From positions 1-64,000 of the forward strand of contig JALHMH010000006.1 of the NCBI GenBank assembly GCA_022844165.1: DNA of 64,000 nt. Direction: 5' to 3'. The DNA is from Lysobacterales bacterium. Its GTDB lineage: Bacteria; Pseudomonadota; Gammaproteobacteria; Xanthomonadales; SZUA-5. The stretch's first letter is position 1, and each line of letters opens with the position of its first letter. Position numbers and translations under genes: made by a program. This document shows positions 10,195-20,067 of the stretch, in pieces. Under the pieces are notes generated by a model. It worked only from the letters and a program-made list of their open reading frames with translations, had not been told where the DNA came from and did not search any database.

Positions 10195-12690
10195 ATGAGC
10201 GAGGTCAACGCGCGTGCGCCATGGTGGCGGCGCGCGAGTATGTCTTTTGTGCAGTGGCTGCAAGAGCCGTTCGTGCGCATTCGGCGCATCACGCCGGAGG
10301 TCGATCGCCCACCTTTCGACCCAGCGCAGCCGGTGTGCTACATCCTGGATCGCCACGCGCTGTCGAGTCTGGCGATTCTCGACCGGGCGTGCCGCGAAGC
10401 GGGGTGGCCAAGTCCAATCGATCCGCTGCCCCTGGCCAGTCTGAGTCGACCGCCGGGCAGCGTGTTCGCGCTCGACAAACGTAAGGGCTGGTTACCGCGC
10501 CGTCGTCAGTTGAGCGATCGTACGGTCCGGCTTGAGCGGCTTCTTGAGGCCATCCGTCGCGACCCTGAGGCCAGGGTGCAGCTCGTTCCGGTGTCGATCT
10601 TCGTTGGCCGCGCACCCGATCGCAGCAGCGGTTGGTTCAAAGTGTTGTTCTCGGAAAACTGGGTGGTGGTGGGTCGGTTTCGGCGTCTGCTGGCGATCTT
10701 GTTCAATGGCCGCAACACCCTGGTTCAATTCAGTCCGACCGTCACACTCGATCAGGCCGTCCCCGAGTCGGACGACCTCAAACGCGCGGCGCATAAACTG
10801 TCCTTGCTGATGCGCGTGCACTTCCGGCGTCTGCGCACGGCGGTGATTGGCCCGGATCTCTCGCATCGCCGAACCTTGGTCGATGCGGTCGTGCGGAGCG
10901 CGCCGGTGCGCGAGGCGATCGCCGCGCAAGGGGCCAAAGAAAAGGGTGGCATCGCGGCGGCGCAGTCCAAAGCGCGTTCTTACGCACGGGAAGTCGCCGC
11001 CGACTATTCGCATCCGGTCGTGCGCAGTCTCAGTTTTATCCTTTCGGCGTTTTGGAACCGCATCTACGATGGCATCGCGGTGCATCACTTTGAGGAGCTG
11101 CGGCAGAATGCGCCCAACTATGAAGTGGTGTACGTACCTTGCCACCGCAGCCATATCGACTATCTGGTCCTGTCGTACCTCTTGTATCGCAATGGTCTGG
11201 TGCCGCCGCACATTGCGGCCGGCGTGAACTTGAATCTGCCGATCGTCGGGCCGATCCTGCGCCGCGGCGGCGCGTTTTTCCTGCGCCGTAGCTTCAAGGC
11301 CAACGCACTGTATTCGGCAGTGTTCAGCGAATATGTGGCGCAGTTGATCCGCCAGGGCGTGGCCCTCGAGTACTTCATCGAAGGTGGCCGCAGTCGCACC
11401 GGGCGCCTGTTACAACCGCGGGCGGGCATGCTGGCGATGACCATCCGCGCGTTCTTGCGCGAACGCGCTCGCCCGGTGTTGTTTCAGCCGGTCTACATCG
11501 GCTACGAGAAGTTGATCGAGGGAAAATCCTATATCGGCGAATTGTCCGGCCAGCCCAAAGCCAAGGAATCCTGGTGGACGCTCTTGCGCTCGTTGTCGGT
11601 GTTGCGCAATCGATATGGGCGCGTATCGGTGAACTTCGGCGAACCGATCGCGCTTGATCAGGTGCTGGATGTGCACAGCGGCGACTGGCGGCAGACCGCG
11701 CTTCGTGAGGACGAGAAACCGCAATGGTTGTCGACTGCGATCGACGATGTCGCTGAGCGTATTCTGATCAACATCAATCGTGCGGTCGATGTGAATCCTG
11801 TTGCATTGGTGGGGCTGACGATCCTTGGTACGCCCAAACACGCGATTGGCGAGGCCGACTTACTGGCGCATTTGCAGGTGTTCCTGCAGCTGCTCAAAGC
11901 CCGGCCATACGATCGACGCGTGACCTTCACCGATTTTACGCCCGAACAAATTGTGGCGCACGTGGAGGCAATGAGTTGGATCGCCCGAATCAAACATCCG
12001 CTGGGCGATGTTCTTTGCGCGCCCGGCGATCAGGGTGTGCTGCTGTCCTACCATCGCAACAATGTGATGCATGTATTCGCCGCGGTCAGCTGGGTGGCCT
12101 GTTGTCTGATCAATACGCGGCGCTTGTCCAGGACGGGGCTGAGCCGGCTCGGGCGAATGGTGTATCCGTTCTTGAAGACCGAGCTGTTTTTGCCCTGGGA
12201 TGTGGAGGGTTTCAGCGCCGAAATCGATGGCGCAGTGGCGTTCCTGAGCGGACAAGGGTTGATCAACCTCGATGCCGACGGCCAGTGGATCTCGCGCCCG
12301 GCCGACGGTGGCGATGCGTTTTTCGGCCTGCGCGTGTTGGCCCATAGTTTGCTCCAGACTTTCCAGCGCTATTACGTTGTGATCGCTGTTCTGACAAAAA
12401 ACGGCTCCGGGACGCTGAGCGCAGCCGAACTCGAAAACCTATGCCACCTGACCGCACAGCGCCTCGCCCTGCTGCACGAAATGTCCGGCCCGGAGTTTGG
12501 CGATAAAGCGCTGTTCAAGAGCTTCATCCAGATGCTCAAAAGCGAAAACATCGTCGCGACCGACGACAACAACAAGCTGACCTTCGGTACCGAGCTGAAT
12601 CAACTTGGCAGCGACGCGCGCATCATCCTGTCGCGCGAACTCCGTCAGGGCATCGTTGCATTGACGATGGAGGCGCGCGAAGCGCTTTGA
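10195..12690 (+). CDS. plsB: Glycerol-3-phosphate 1-O-acyltransferase
   Basis: HRSHIDY (HxxxxD), GAFFLRR, EYFIEGGRSRTGRLL, 831 aa. Confidence 0.96.
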   Translation: MSEVNARAPWWRRASMSFVQWLQEPFVRIRRITPEVDRPPFDPAQPVCYILDRHALSSLAILDRACREAGWPSPIDPLPLASLSRPPGSVFALDKRKGWLPRRRQLSDRTVRLERLLEAIRRDPEARVQLVPVSIFVGRAPDRSSGWFKVLFSENWVVVGRFRRLLAILFNGRNTLVQFSPTVTLDQAVPESDDLKRAAHKLSLLMRVHFRRLRTAVIGPDLSHRRTLVDAVVRSAPVREAIAAQGAKEKGGIAAAQSKARSYAREVAADYSHPVVRSLSFILSAFWNRIYDGIAVHHFEELRQNAPNYEVVYVPCHRSHIDYLVLSYLLYRNGLVPPHIAAGVNLNLPIVGPILRRGGAFFLRRSFKANALYSAVFSEYVAQLIRQGVALEYFIEGGRSRTGRLLQPRAGMLAMTIRAFLRERARPVLFQPVYIGYEKLIEGKSYIGELSGQPKAKESWWTLLRSLSVLRNRYGRVSVNFGEPIALDQVLDVHSGDWRQTALREDEKPQWLSTAIDDVAERILININRAVDVNPVALVGLTILGTPKHAIGEADLLAHLQVFLQLLKARPYDRRVTFTDFTPEQIVAHVEAMSWIARIKHPLGDVLCAPGDQGVLLSYHRNNVMHVFAAVSWVACCLINTRRLSRTGLSRLGRMVYPFLKTELFLPWDVEGFSAEIDGAVAFLSGQGLINLDADGQWISRPADGGDAFFGLRVLAHSLLQTFQRYYVVIAVLTKNGSGTLSAAELENLCHLTAQRLALLHEMSGPEFGDKALFKSFIQMLKSENIVATDDNNKLTFGTELNQLGSDARIILSRELRQGIVALTMEAREAL

Positions 12691-12763
12691 CCAAACGCGC
12701 CGGGTCAACGCAACCGGCGCGTGCGCGTTGAGGCAGGCAGGCCATAACGAACGGAATTCGCCG

Positions 12764-15091
12764 ATGCGCTGGATCGGGTTGTCGCTGTTTTTCGCCTGCG
12801 CGTCGGTCGGAGCGCAAAGTGGCCTGTACTTCGACCGGACCCGATCGGGCCACGGCATGGACTGGCAATTCGTCGCTGATCGCCTGGTGGGCGCGCTCTT
12901 CACCTATGACGATAACGGCGAACCGGTCTGGTACTTGCTGGATGCAGCAAGCGACGGCGGCAACGCCGATGGGGAGCTGGTCGAGTATCGCCTGAGCGGC
13001 GGTGCGCCTTTGCTATTTCAACGGTTCCCGGGGTTACGCATCCGCAGGAGCGAGCCGGCGCAGTGCGGCGATGGCAGCCCACGACCCGGCGCAAGCGCTT
13101 TGTACGATGTCCAGTTTACGCTCGATGGGCGCAGCCATCGCTGGTGCCTGGAAGCCATCACGCCGAGCACGACCATCGCCGAAAGCGCGCTGTCTGGCAC
13201 CTGGTACGCTGGCGAATCGGACGCCGGCTGGGGTCTGATCACCTACCGCTTTGGCGATACGCCGACGGCCGCCCGTGCCTTTTCGACGCTGTATGTCTAC
13301 GACGGCGCCGGCCGCCCGCGGTGGGCATTCGCCGAGCATGCGGCGAGCGACGCTGATCTGAGTCAGGAACTCGTGTTCGCGCGGGGCTACTGCCGCGATT
13401 GCGCGACCGTGCCACTGCAGACCGCGGCTGCTGGAAGTGCGCTGACGCGACTGATCACCCCGCGCAATGATGTCGATCACAACCGTATCGCGCTGGACCT
13501 GCGTTACCCATTCGGCAGCGGTGGCTTCGCACGCAGTGAGCGACCGTTGCGGGTACTGTTGAGCGCCGCGTTGCCGCGTGTCGTTGCGACACGCGAGGGC
13601 CTGGTGGAGGGCGAATCCTTGGCCAGCTCGACGCGTTATTTTGCGATTCCATACGCTGCGCCACCGACCACCGCATTGCGCTGGCGAGCGCCACAACCCG
13701 CCGCGGCACGCGCCGCGCCGCTGCGCAACGCCGTGCGCGGCCCGTCCTGCCCGCAGCGGCCTGTCAGCGAAGGCATCTTTGGCGGCGATCTGGGTCTGCT
13801 CAGCGAGGATTGCCTGCAGCTCAATATCTGGACGCCGACCGCTGGCGGCGGTTCGCGGCCCGTCATGGTGTGGATCCATGGCGGCGGATTGACGCAGGGT
13901 TCGGCCGTCGAAACCGCGCCCGGCAACAGCCGCTTGAAGTTCGATGGCGCTTTGCTCGCCGACGACGGCGTTGTGTTGGTGTCGATCAATTATCGTCTTG
14001 GCCCATTCGGCTATCTGGCGATGCAGCCGTTCGCCGGCGAAGCGCCGGATCATCCCACCGCGGGCAACTACGGCGTACTGGATCAAATCGCCGCGTTGCG
14101 CTGGGTACAACAGAACATCGCGGCCTTCGGCGGCGATCCCAGTCGCGTGACCGTCTTTGGCGAATCCGCTGGCGGCTTGTCCACCTGCGCTTTGCTCGCC
14201 AGCCCACTAGCGCGAGGACTGTTCCAACGCGCCATCATGCAAAGCGGCGGATGCCCGAATGCGCTGCCGGTCCTGGATAGCAGCACCGGCAACTTGAGCA
14301 GCGCTTATGCACAGGGCGATCGCGTGATCGGTCTGGCAGGTTGTGCGGGCAATGTCGACCGCAAGGGCTGCATGCGGGGATTGCCCTGGCAAGCACTCAT
14401 CGATGCCACACAACCGACCGTTGGGTTTGGTCGAACCGGCGAGGAATTTGGCCAGATCGTTGACCGCTTCTCGCTGCCTGAGGCGCCGGGCCTGGCGCTC
14501 CGCGGCGGACGTGGGGCACCGGTACCGTTGATCGTTGGCGTCAACGAAGATGAGATGACCACCCTGCTCGGGCCCACGCAGCGTCCGCAGACGGTGGCCG
14601 AATACGAGGCCCTGGTGCGCGCGCAGTTCGTCAATGTCGGAGGTCTTGTGCTGGCGCAGTACCCGGCGGCGAACTACGCCAACCCGACACTCGCCTATGC
14701 CGATCTGGTCGACGATCTGACGTTTGCCTGCCCCGCCGGTGCCTACTCCCGCAACCACGCGGCGGGCGCTCCCACCTGGCGTTACGTCTACACCCACGTG
14801 TTCGATAACGCAACGCGCATCTATGGCGCGTTCCACGGCGCCGACATCGCTTTTGTGTTCGGACCGGGCGAGAGTTTTACCGCCGCCGAACGCAGCTTGA
14901 GCGAACGCGTACAGCGCTACTGGACACGCTTCGCCGCCAGCGGCAATCCCAATGGCGGCAGTGATTCATTCTGGCCGCAACGTACAAGCGGCAGCGATGT
15001 CGCCATCGAGCTTGCGACCAGTGACAAACCGTTGATTCTCGACTACCGCAAGCCGTACTGCGACTTCTGGAGTCGCTTTTTGACCTTTTAG
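12764..15091 (+). CDS. Secreted type-B carboxylesterase with tandem N-terminal accessory domains
   Basis: SEDCLQLNIW, WIHGGG, FGESAGG nucleophile motif, GAFHGADI; signal peptide followed by two SGx(W/Y)...GxG repeats. Confidence 0.9.
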   Translation: MRWIGLSLFFACASVGAQSGLYFDRTRSGHGMDWQFVADRLVGALFTYDDNGEPVWYLLDAASDGGNADGELVEYRLSGGAPLLFQRFPGLRIRRSEPAQCGDGSPRPGASALYDVQFTLDGRSHRWCLEAITPSTTIAESALSGTWYAGESDAGWGLITYRFGDTPTAARAFSTLYVYDGAGRPRWAFAEHAASDADLSQELVFARGYCRDCATVPLQTAAAGSALTRLITPRNDVDHNRIALDLRYPFGSGGFARSERPLRVLLSAALPRVVATREGLVEGESLASSTRYFAIPYAAPPTTALRWRAPQPAAARAAPLRNAVRGPSCPQRPVSEGIFGGDLGLLSEDCLQLNIWTPTAGGGSRPVMVWIHGGGLTQGSAVETAPGNSRLKFDGALLADDGVVLVSINYRLGPFGYLAMQPFAGEAPDHPTAGNYGVLDQIAALRWVQQNIAAFGGDPSRVTVFGESAGGLSTCALLASPLARGLFQRAIMQSGGCPNALPVLDSSTGNLSSAYAQGDRVIGLAGCAGNVDRKGCMRGLPWQALIDATQPTVGFGRTGEEFGQIVDRFSLPEAPGLALRGGRGAPVPLIVGVNEDEMTTLLGPTQRPQTVAEYEALVRAQFVNVGGLVLAQYPAANYANPTLAYADLVDDLTFACPAGAYSRNHAAGAPTWRYVYTHVFDNATRIYGAFHGADIAFVFGPGESFTAAERSLSERVQRYWTRFAASGNPNGGSDSFWPQRTSGSDVAIELATSDKPLILDYRKPYCDFWSRFLTF

Positions 15092-15136
15092 CTCCGATAT
15101 CTTCTTGGGTCGCGAGGAACCATCCGGGCCAGTCTC

Positions 15137-15241
15137 GCGTGCTGCCCAGAAGTGATTGGAAGAAATCTCCGATGGATTTCGGACCGAAGATGGGCGAAAA
15201 ACGCGGACATAGCTCCAATCACTTCTGGGACACCACACTAG
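15137..15241. mobile_element. Small MITE-like element with 16-bp perfect inverted repeats
   Basis: CCCAGAAGTGATTGGA (15145-15160) and TCCAATCACTTCTGGG (15214-15229); right end CACCACACTAG. Confidence 0.5.
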
Positions 15242-15254
15242 CTATGCTCGCGGC

Positions 15255-16559
15255 ATGCTGCCGCTGCCGACCACCGAAGACTTGCGTCATCTGAGCGCCT
15301 TTGATGGCGACTCGGTTGCCGCATGGCGGCTCAACACGGAGTTGCTGCAACTGCGCTACGGCTCTGTCGGTCTCGCATTGTTGTATCGCGGCGGCGACGC
15401 AACGGTGCACCTGGTGGCATTGAGCGCACCCGACGGCAATGTGTTGCTCGATGCGACAGATCCGTTCGCAGAACTCGGTGTAGCGCCGCGGCTGCCCGCG
15501 GTGCGGGCGCTGCTCGACGACCAAACGTGGCGTGGCGCGCCGGATGGGCTCTGGCAAGCATCGTTGTTGGGACAGCTGTTGCCTTGCGAGACGGCGATCG
15601 TGTTACCACTGTTTGCCGAGGGCCAGGCCGCGCACGCGCTGGTTTTTGCGTTGCACGATCAGCATCCTTTGCGGATCGCAGACCTGCAGCTGTTGCAGGT
15701 TCTTGCCAATCTTTACGGTGCGTATTTCAGTGGGGCATTGGATCGTCGCGATTTGTCCGAGCGTTCGCGGCTGGCCGAATCCGAAATCAAAGACCTGGCC
15801 GACGTGCAGCGGCAGTTGCTGCCGGACAATCTGCAGATTCGCGGTGCCAGCTATGCCGTGCACTACCAGCCTTCGCTGACCGCCGGCGGCGACTATTACG
15901 ATCTGGTGCGCCTCTCGCACCGCGTGCGCGAAGACTATCCGGTCGACTGGCCCGATACCTTCGGCCTGCTCATCGCTGATGTCTCCGGCCATGGCGCCGG
16001 AGCGGCCATGGAGGCGGTGCAGTTCGACGCTATCTTGCGGACCTATCGAGGCGACGAGGGCGAGGGTCCCGCCGGGGCTTTGACTTACGCCAACCGATAC
16101 TACTTTTCGCGCCGATCGCGTGGCCACTTCATGACTGCGCTGGGCCTGCTGTATGCGCCACACGAGGGCCAGTTCCGCATCTGCAATGCCGGCCATTTGC
16201 CGCCGATCCGGCGGCGCGCCGGGCGTGTCGACCGATTGGACATCGGCAGCGATATTCCGATCGGCATCCTGCGCGAACACCGCTACGCCAATGCAAGCGT
16301 CGCTGCGGAACCCGGCGATTGGGTCGTGCTGTACACCGACGGCATCGTCGAGGCGCGCAGTTCCGCCGGCGTGGAATTCGGCATCGAGCGCCTGATGACC
16401 ATCATCGAAGCCGGGGCCGAACACCCGGTGGTGTTGCGCGATGCCATCCTAGGCGCGTTGTTTGCGCATCAGGAGGGCGATGTCGGTCGCGACGATCAGA
16501 CACTGATCGTCGTGCGCATTGAGCCCCCCGGAGTGGATGGCTGCCTTTCAGCGGCGTAG
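15255..16559 (+). CDS. PP2C/SpoIIE (RsbU-like) serine phosphatase with N-terminal GAF-like region
   Basis: AGGDYYD, IADVSGHG, NAGH, LYTDGIVEA, DDQT. Confidence 0.9.
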   Translation: MLPLPTTEDLRHLSAFDGDSVAAWRLNTELLQLRYGSVGLALLYRGGDATVHLVALSAPDGNVLLDATDPFAELGVAPRLPAVRALLDDQTWRGAPDGLWQASLLGQLLPCETAIVLPLFAEGQAAHALVFALHDQHPLRIADLQLLQVLANLYGAYFSGALDRRDLSERSRLAESEIKDLADVQRQLLPDNLQIRGASYAVHYQPSLTAGGDYYDLVRLSHRVREDYPVDWPDTFGLLIADVSGHGAGAAMEAVQFDAILRTYRGDEGEGPAGALTYANRYYFSRRSRGHFMTALGLLYAPHEGQFRICNAGHLPPIRRRAGRVDRLDIGSDIPIGILREHRYANASVAAEPGDWVVLYTDGIVEARSSAGVEFGIERLMTIIEAGAEHPVVLRDAILGALFAHQEGDVGRDDQTLIVVRIEPPGVDGCLSAA

Positions 16560-16707
16560 TCCGGTGCTTCGCCGCGTCACAATCATTGCTTGCCAGTCGT
16601 CCGAAACGGTGAATAGCGTGGCGCAAAGACGATTTGCGACGACGCCAACAAACCGCAGCCGCGTGCGCTATGTGAGAATGTGGGGCTGATTCTGGTGCGG
16701 ACGAACG

Positions 16708-18807
16708 ATGGAAGCGGTTCGGGAACTGATTAACAAGGGGCACCTCACAGCGGCGGAACACACGCTGCGCGATCGGCTGAGCGATGCGCCCGACGACGCC
16801 GAAGCGGTGAACTTGTATGCAGTGGTTCTGGCGCGCAAGGGCGACACGTTGGGCGCGCGCAGCCACTTCAAGCGGGCGATGGATCTGCGCCCCGATGAGC
16901 CGCGATATCTGGTCAACTACGGAATGATGCTCGCGCAACAAGGCGATCAGCTACGAGCAACCGAGTACCTGGAACGCGCCACCTCGCTCGATCCGAATTG
17001 GTCCCGCTCGCATGCTCAGCTCGGCGAGCTGGCGCTTGCGGCGGGCCACCTGGAACAAGCCGAACAGCGTTTCAGGACGGCACTACGGGCTGATGCGCAG
17101 GACGCGCACGCAATGGTTGGGCTCGCGCAGACGTTACTGTTGCGCGACCAACCAGAGAAGGCGCTGGAGATGGCACAAGCGGCGATCGAACGATTGCCCA
17201 ACGAGCCGCGCGCCCAGGCGGTGATCGGCGCGGTGCTGTTGGCGCAAGGGCATCACGCGTTCGCCCGTCAGGCGCTGCAAAACGCATTGCGCATCGATAG
17301 CGGGAACGCGCGCGTACGCCGTCTGACGGCGCAGGCGCAACTCGCGGATGGGGCGCCAGACGCTGCTCTGAAGACCCTGCTCGGCGTGCGCGATTGGACG
17401 GAAGACGACTTGTCTGTGCTTGCGCCGCTGGCGGATGCGGCGTTGCGCGGCGGTCATTCGGCAGCACTCATCGGGCTGCTGGACTCGGTGTTGCCCAAAC
17501 TTCCGCGGGCGGCACCGATCATCCACGCGGCGGCCGAGGCGCGCCTGCGTAGCTCGCGCAGCGAGGATGCGCTGGCGCTGCTCGCCAGTTACACGCACCC
17601 CGAATCGCCGTCCACGCTGTGGGCGCATCGCCTCAATATTCTGGCGCGCCTTAGAAGAATCGACGAGGCCTACGCATTCGCCAAACACTGGAGCGAGGTA
17701 CAGCCGCACATCGCCGAGGCACACGCCGAGTACGCCACGGGCGCGGAATTGCGGGGCGATGCCGACGTCGCGCGGCAGGCGGCAGAACGTGCGCTGGGAT
17801 TGGATCCGCGCAACGCAAAGGCACTGACCATCGCTGTCGCCTATGAACTCAAACGCGGAAAAGTCGGACCGCACTATCGAGCGCTGGCTCAGACCTCGGC
17901 GGACGAAATGCCGCAACCGGTGCGCGCGATGCGCAACTTCTTGCTGGGATACGGCGCCGATCGCGCTGGCGAGTACGCGGGCGCGTTCGAACATTGGTCT
18001 GGCCTGCACAAGGCGCAGCCGAAAACGCGCATGCCGGCCTTGTCCGATCCGCTCGGCGCGCCGCGTGAACTGCCTTTGCCGCTGCCGGCAGACGAACACG
18101 GCCCAGTCGTCTTTGTGCCCCACATCCCGGGCACGGGCACGGAGCAATTGTTGCGGGCACTGGCGCGCGGCCGCAGCGTTGTGGTGATGGCCGACCGGCT
18201 GACGTCCAGCGGCCGCCACGATGGGCTGTCACCGGACCAGCGCGGTTTGCTCGACAATCGCCTGCCGGAATCCGCACTGCGCGTGTTCCGTCGGCGCTAC
18301 TGGCGTGCTTTTGCGCGCGAGCGTGTGCCGCGGGGCCGAGTGCCGATCGATGTATTGCCGACGCTCGAGTGGGCGCAATACGCGGCGCTCTCCGGCGCCC
18401 TGCCGGGCGCGCGTGTGCTCGCTTTTGTGCGCGACCCGCGCGACGCTTTATTGCACTGGCTGGCTTTCGGCACGCAACCGGTTCGGCCAGTGCTGCAGTT
18501 GGAACTCGCGGCCAATTTTCTCTTGCGGCAGTACCAACATCTGGATCGCATGCGCTCCTCGGCTGGACTGGCGGTGGTGGTCATCAAGGGCGAAGAGTTC
18601 GATGCCGATCGCGGCTCGCTCAAGGGCCGTATCGCTCAAGCGTTGGGTGTCGCCATCGACAGCATCGATTTGAGCGAGAGCGAACGTGCGACGTTGGGCG
18701 GCTTGCCGGAGCGCCTGGAGAACGGTCGTCACGCGCTCTATGCGGGCGGCGCACTCAGCAAAGCGTTCAAGCTGCTGACGCCCGCCGCGAAGCGCTTCGG
18801 CTACTAG
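16708..18807 (+). CDS. TPR-repeat protein with C-terminal sulfotransferase-like domain
   Basis: Multiple TPR-like repeats; VFVPHIPGTGTEQLL and VRDPRDALLHW resemble degenerate 5'-PSB and 3'-PB motifs. Confidence 0.7.
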   Translation: MEAVRELINKGHLTAAEHTLRDRLSDAPDDAEAVNLYAVVLARKGDTLGARSHFKRAMDLRPDEPRYLVNYGMMLAQQGDQLRATEYLERATSLDPNWSRSHAQLGELALAAGHLEQAEQRFRTALRADAQDAHAMVGLAQTLLLRDQPEKALEMAQAAIERLPNEPRAQAVIGAVLLAQGHHAFARQALQNALRIDSGNARVRRLTAQAQLADGAPDAALKTLLGVRDWTEDDLSVLAPLADAALRGGHSAALIGLLDSVLPKLPRAAPIIHAAAEARLRSSRSEDALALLASYTHPESPSTLWAHRLNILARLRRIDEAYAFAKHWSEVQPHIAEAHAEYATGAELRGDADVARQAAERALGLDPRNAKALTIAVAYELKRGKVGPHYRALAQTSADEMPQPVRAMRNFLLGYGADRAGEYAGAFEHWSGLHKAQPKTRMPALSDPLGAPRELPLPLPADEHGPVVFVPHIPGTGTEQLLRALARGRSVVVMADRLTSSGRHDGLSPDQRGLLDNRLPESALRVFRRRYWRAFARERVPRGRVPIDVLPTLEWAQYAALSGALPGARVLAFVRDPRDALLHWLAFGTQPVRPVLQLELAANFLLRQYQHLDRMRSSAGLAVVVIKGEEFDADRGSLKGRIAQALGVAIDSIDLSESERATLGGLPERLENGRHALYAGGALSKAFKLLTPAAKRFGY

Positions 18808-18817
18808 GGCCCGAACC

Positions 18818-20035
18818 GTGCCCGCCTTCGAATATCAGGCGCTGGATGGCGACGGTCGCACGCATAAAGGCGTGGTCCAGGGCGACACACCGAAGAACGT
18901 GCGCCAGGGTTTGCGCGACCGGGGTCTGGTTCCCCTGAATGTCGTCGAAGTGCGCGAACGTCCGGCGCGCAGCGTACCGGAGCTGTTCCATCGCCATATC
19001 TCCGGTTCCGATTTGGCGGTGTTGACACGGCAGTGGGCCACACTGGTTCGCGCTGGCCTGCCGCTCGACGAAGCGCTGAGTGCATTAGGCGATGAAGCGG
19101 GTGACCCGACCGTACGGCGCATGTTGATCGGCGTGCGCGCCAAAGTCATGGAAGGACGCACACTGGCCGAGTCGTTGGCCGAGTTTTCCGAGAGCTTCCC
19201 TGAGCTGTATCGCGCCGCGGTGTCGGCAGGCGAGCAGTCCGGAAAACTCGACATGGTGCTGGAACGCCTGGCGTCATTTCTTGAGGAACGTCAGGCGCTT
19301 GGCCGTAAACTGCTCGCTGCGCTGATTTATCCCGTGTTGTTGACCTTGGTTGCGTTCGCGGTTGTGATCGGACTGATGGCGTACGTCGTGCCGCAGGTCG
19401 TGGGCGTTTTCGCCGATATGGGTGGCGCATTGCCGTGGCCGACACGCGTGTTGATGGCGATCAGCGCGGTGCTGGAGCTTGTAGGTCCGTACTTGCTCGC
19501 GGCAACCGTCGGCGGCGCGACTGCCTTCGTGATTGCGTTGCGTCGTCCCGCGTTGCGCAGCGCGTGGCACGGTCTGTTGTTGCGACTACCGCTGCTCGGC
19601 GCATTGCTTCGCGCGCAGGATTCGGCGCGCTTCGCGCGCACCTTGTCGATCGCCATTTCGGCGTCGGTACCGTTGCTCGACGCACTCAAACTCGGCGCAG
19701 CCACTTTGACATTGTTGCCGCTTCGCGAGGCGGTCCAGCAAGCGCTGATGCGCGTGCGTGAGGGTGGTTCGTTGGCGCGGGCACTAGGAGAGAGTGGCCG
19801 TTTTCCGGCACTGTTGGTGCGATTGGTGGGCGTCGGGGAAAAGAGCGGCGAGTTGGAACCGATGCTCGATCACGGCGCCGAGCTGCAAGAAAAGCATGTG
19901 CAGGCTCGTTTAGGCGCATTGATTGCGGTGCTTGAGCCGCTGTTGATCGTGTTCATGGGCGGCACCGTTTTGTTCATCGTGCTGGCGATCCTGTTACCGA
20001 TCTTCGGAATGAACGACCTTATCGGTGCACCTTGA
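18818..20035 (+). CDS. gspF: Type II secretion system inner-membrane platform protein F
   Basis: MPAFEYQALD, TRQWATLVRAGLPLDEAL, AGEQSGKLDMVLERLA, ALIYP, VGEKSGEL, EP...ILLPIF. Confidence 0.9.
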   Translation: MPAFEYQALDGDGRTHKGVVQGDTPKNVRQGLRDRGLVPLNVVEVRERPARSVPELFHRHISGSDLAVLTRQWATLVRAGLPLDEALSALGDEAGDPTVRRMLIGVRAKVMEGRTLAESLAEFSESFPELYRAAVSAGEQSGKLDMVLERLASFLEERQALGRKLLAALIYPVLLTLVAFAVVIGLMAYVVPQVVGVFADMGGALPWPTRVLMAISAVLELVGPYLLAATVGGATAFVIALRRPALRSAWHGLLLRLPLLGALLRAQDSARFARTLSIAISASVPLLDALKLGAATLTLLPLREAVQQALMRVREGGSLARALGESGRFPALLVRLVGVGEKSGELEPMLDHGAELQEKHVQARLGALIAVLEPLLIVFMGGTVLFIVLAILLPIFGMNDLIGAP

Positions 20036-20067
20036 TCGGCGCCCAGGTACCAAAGCCGAGTTCGACC

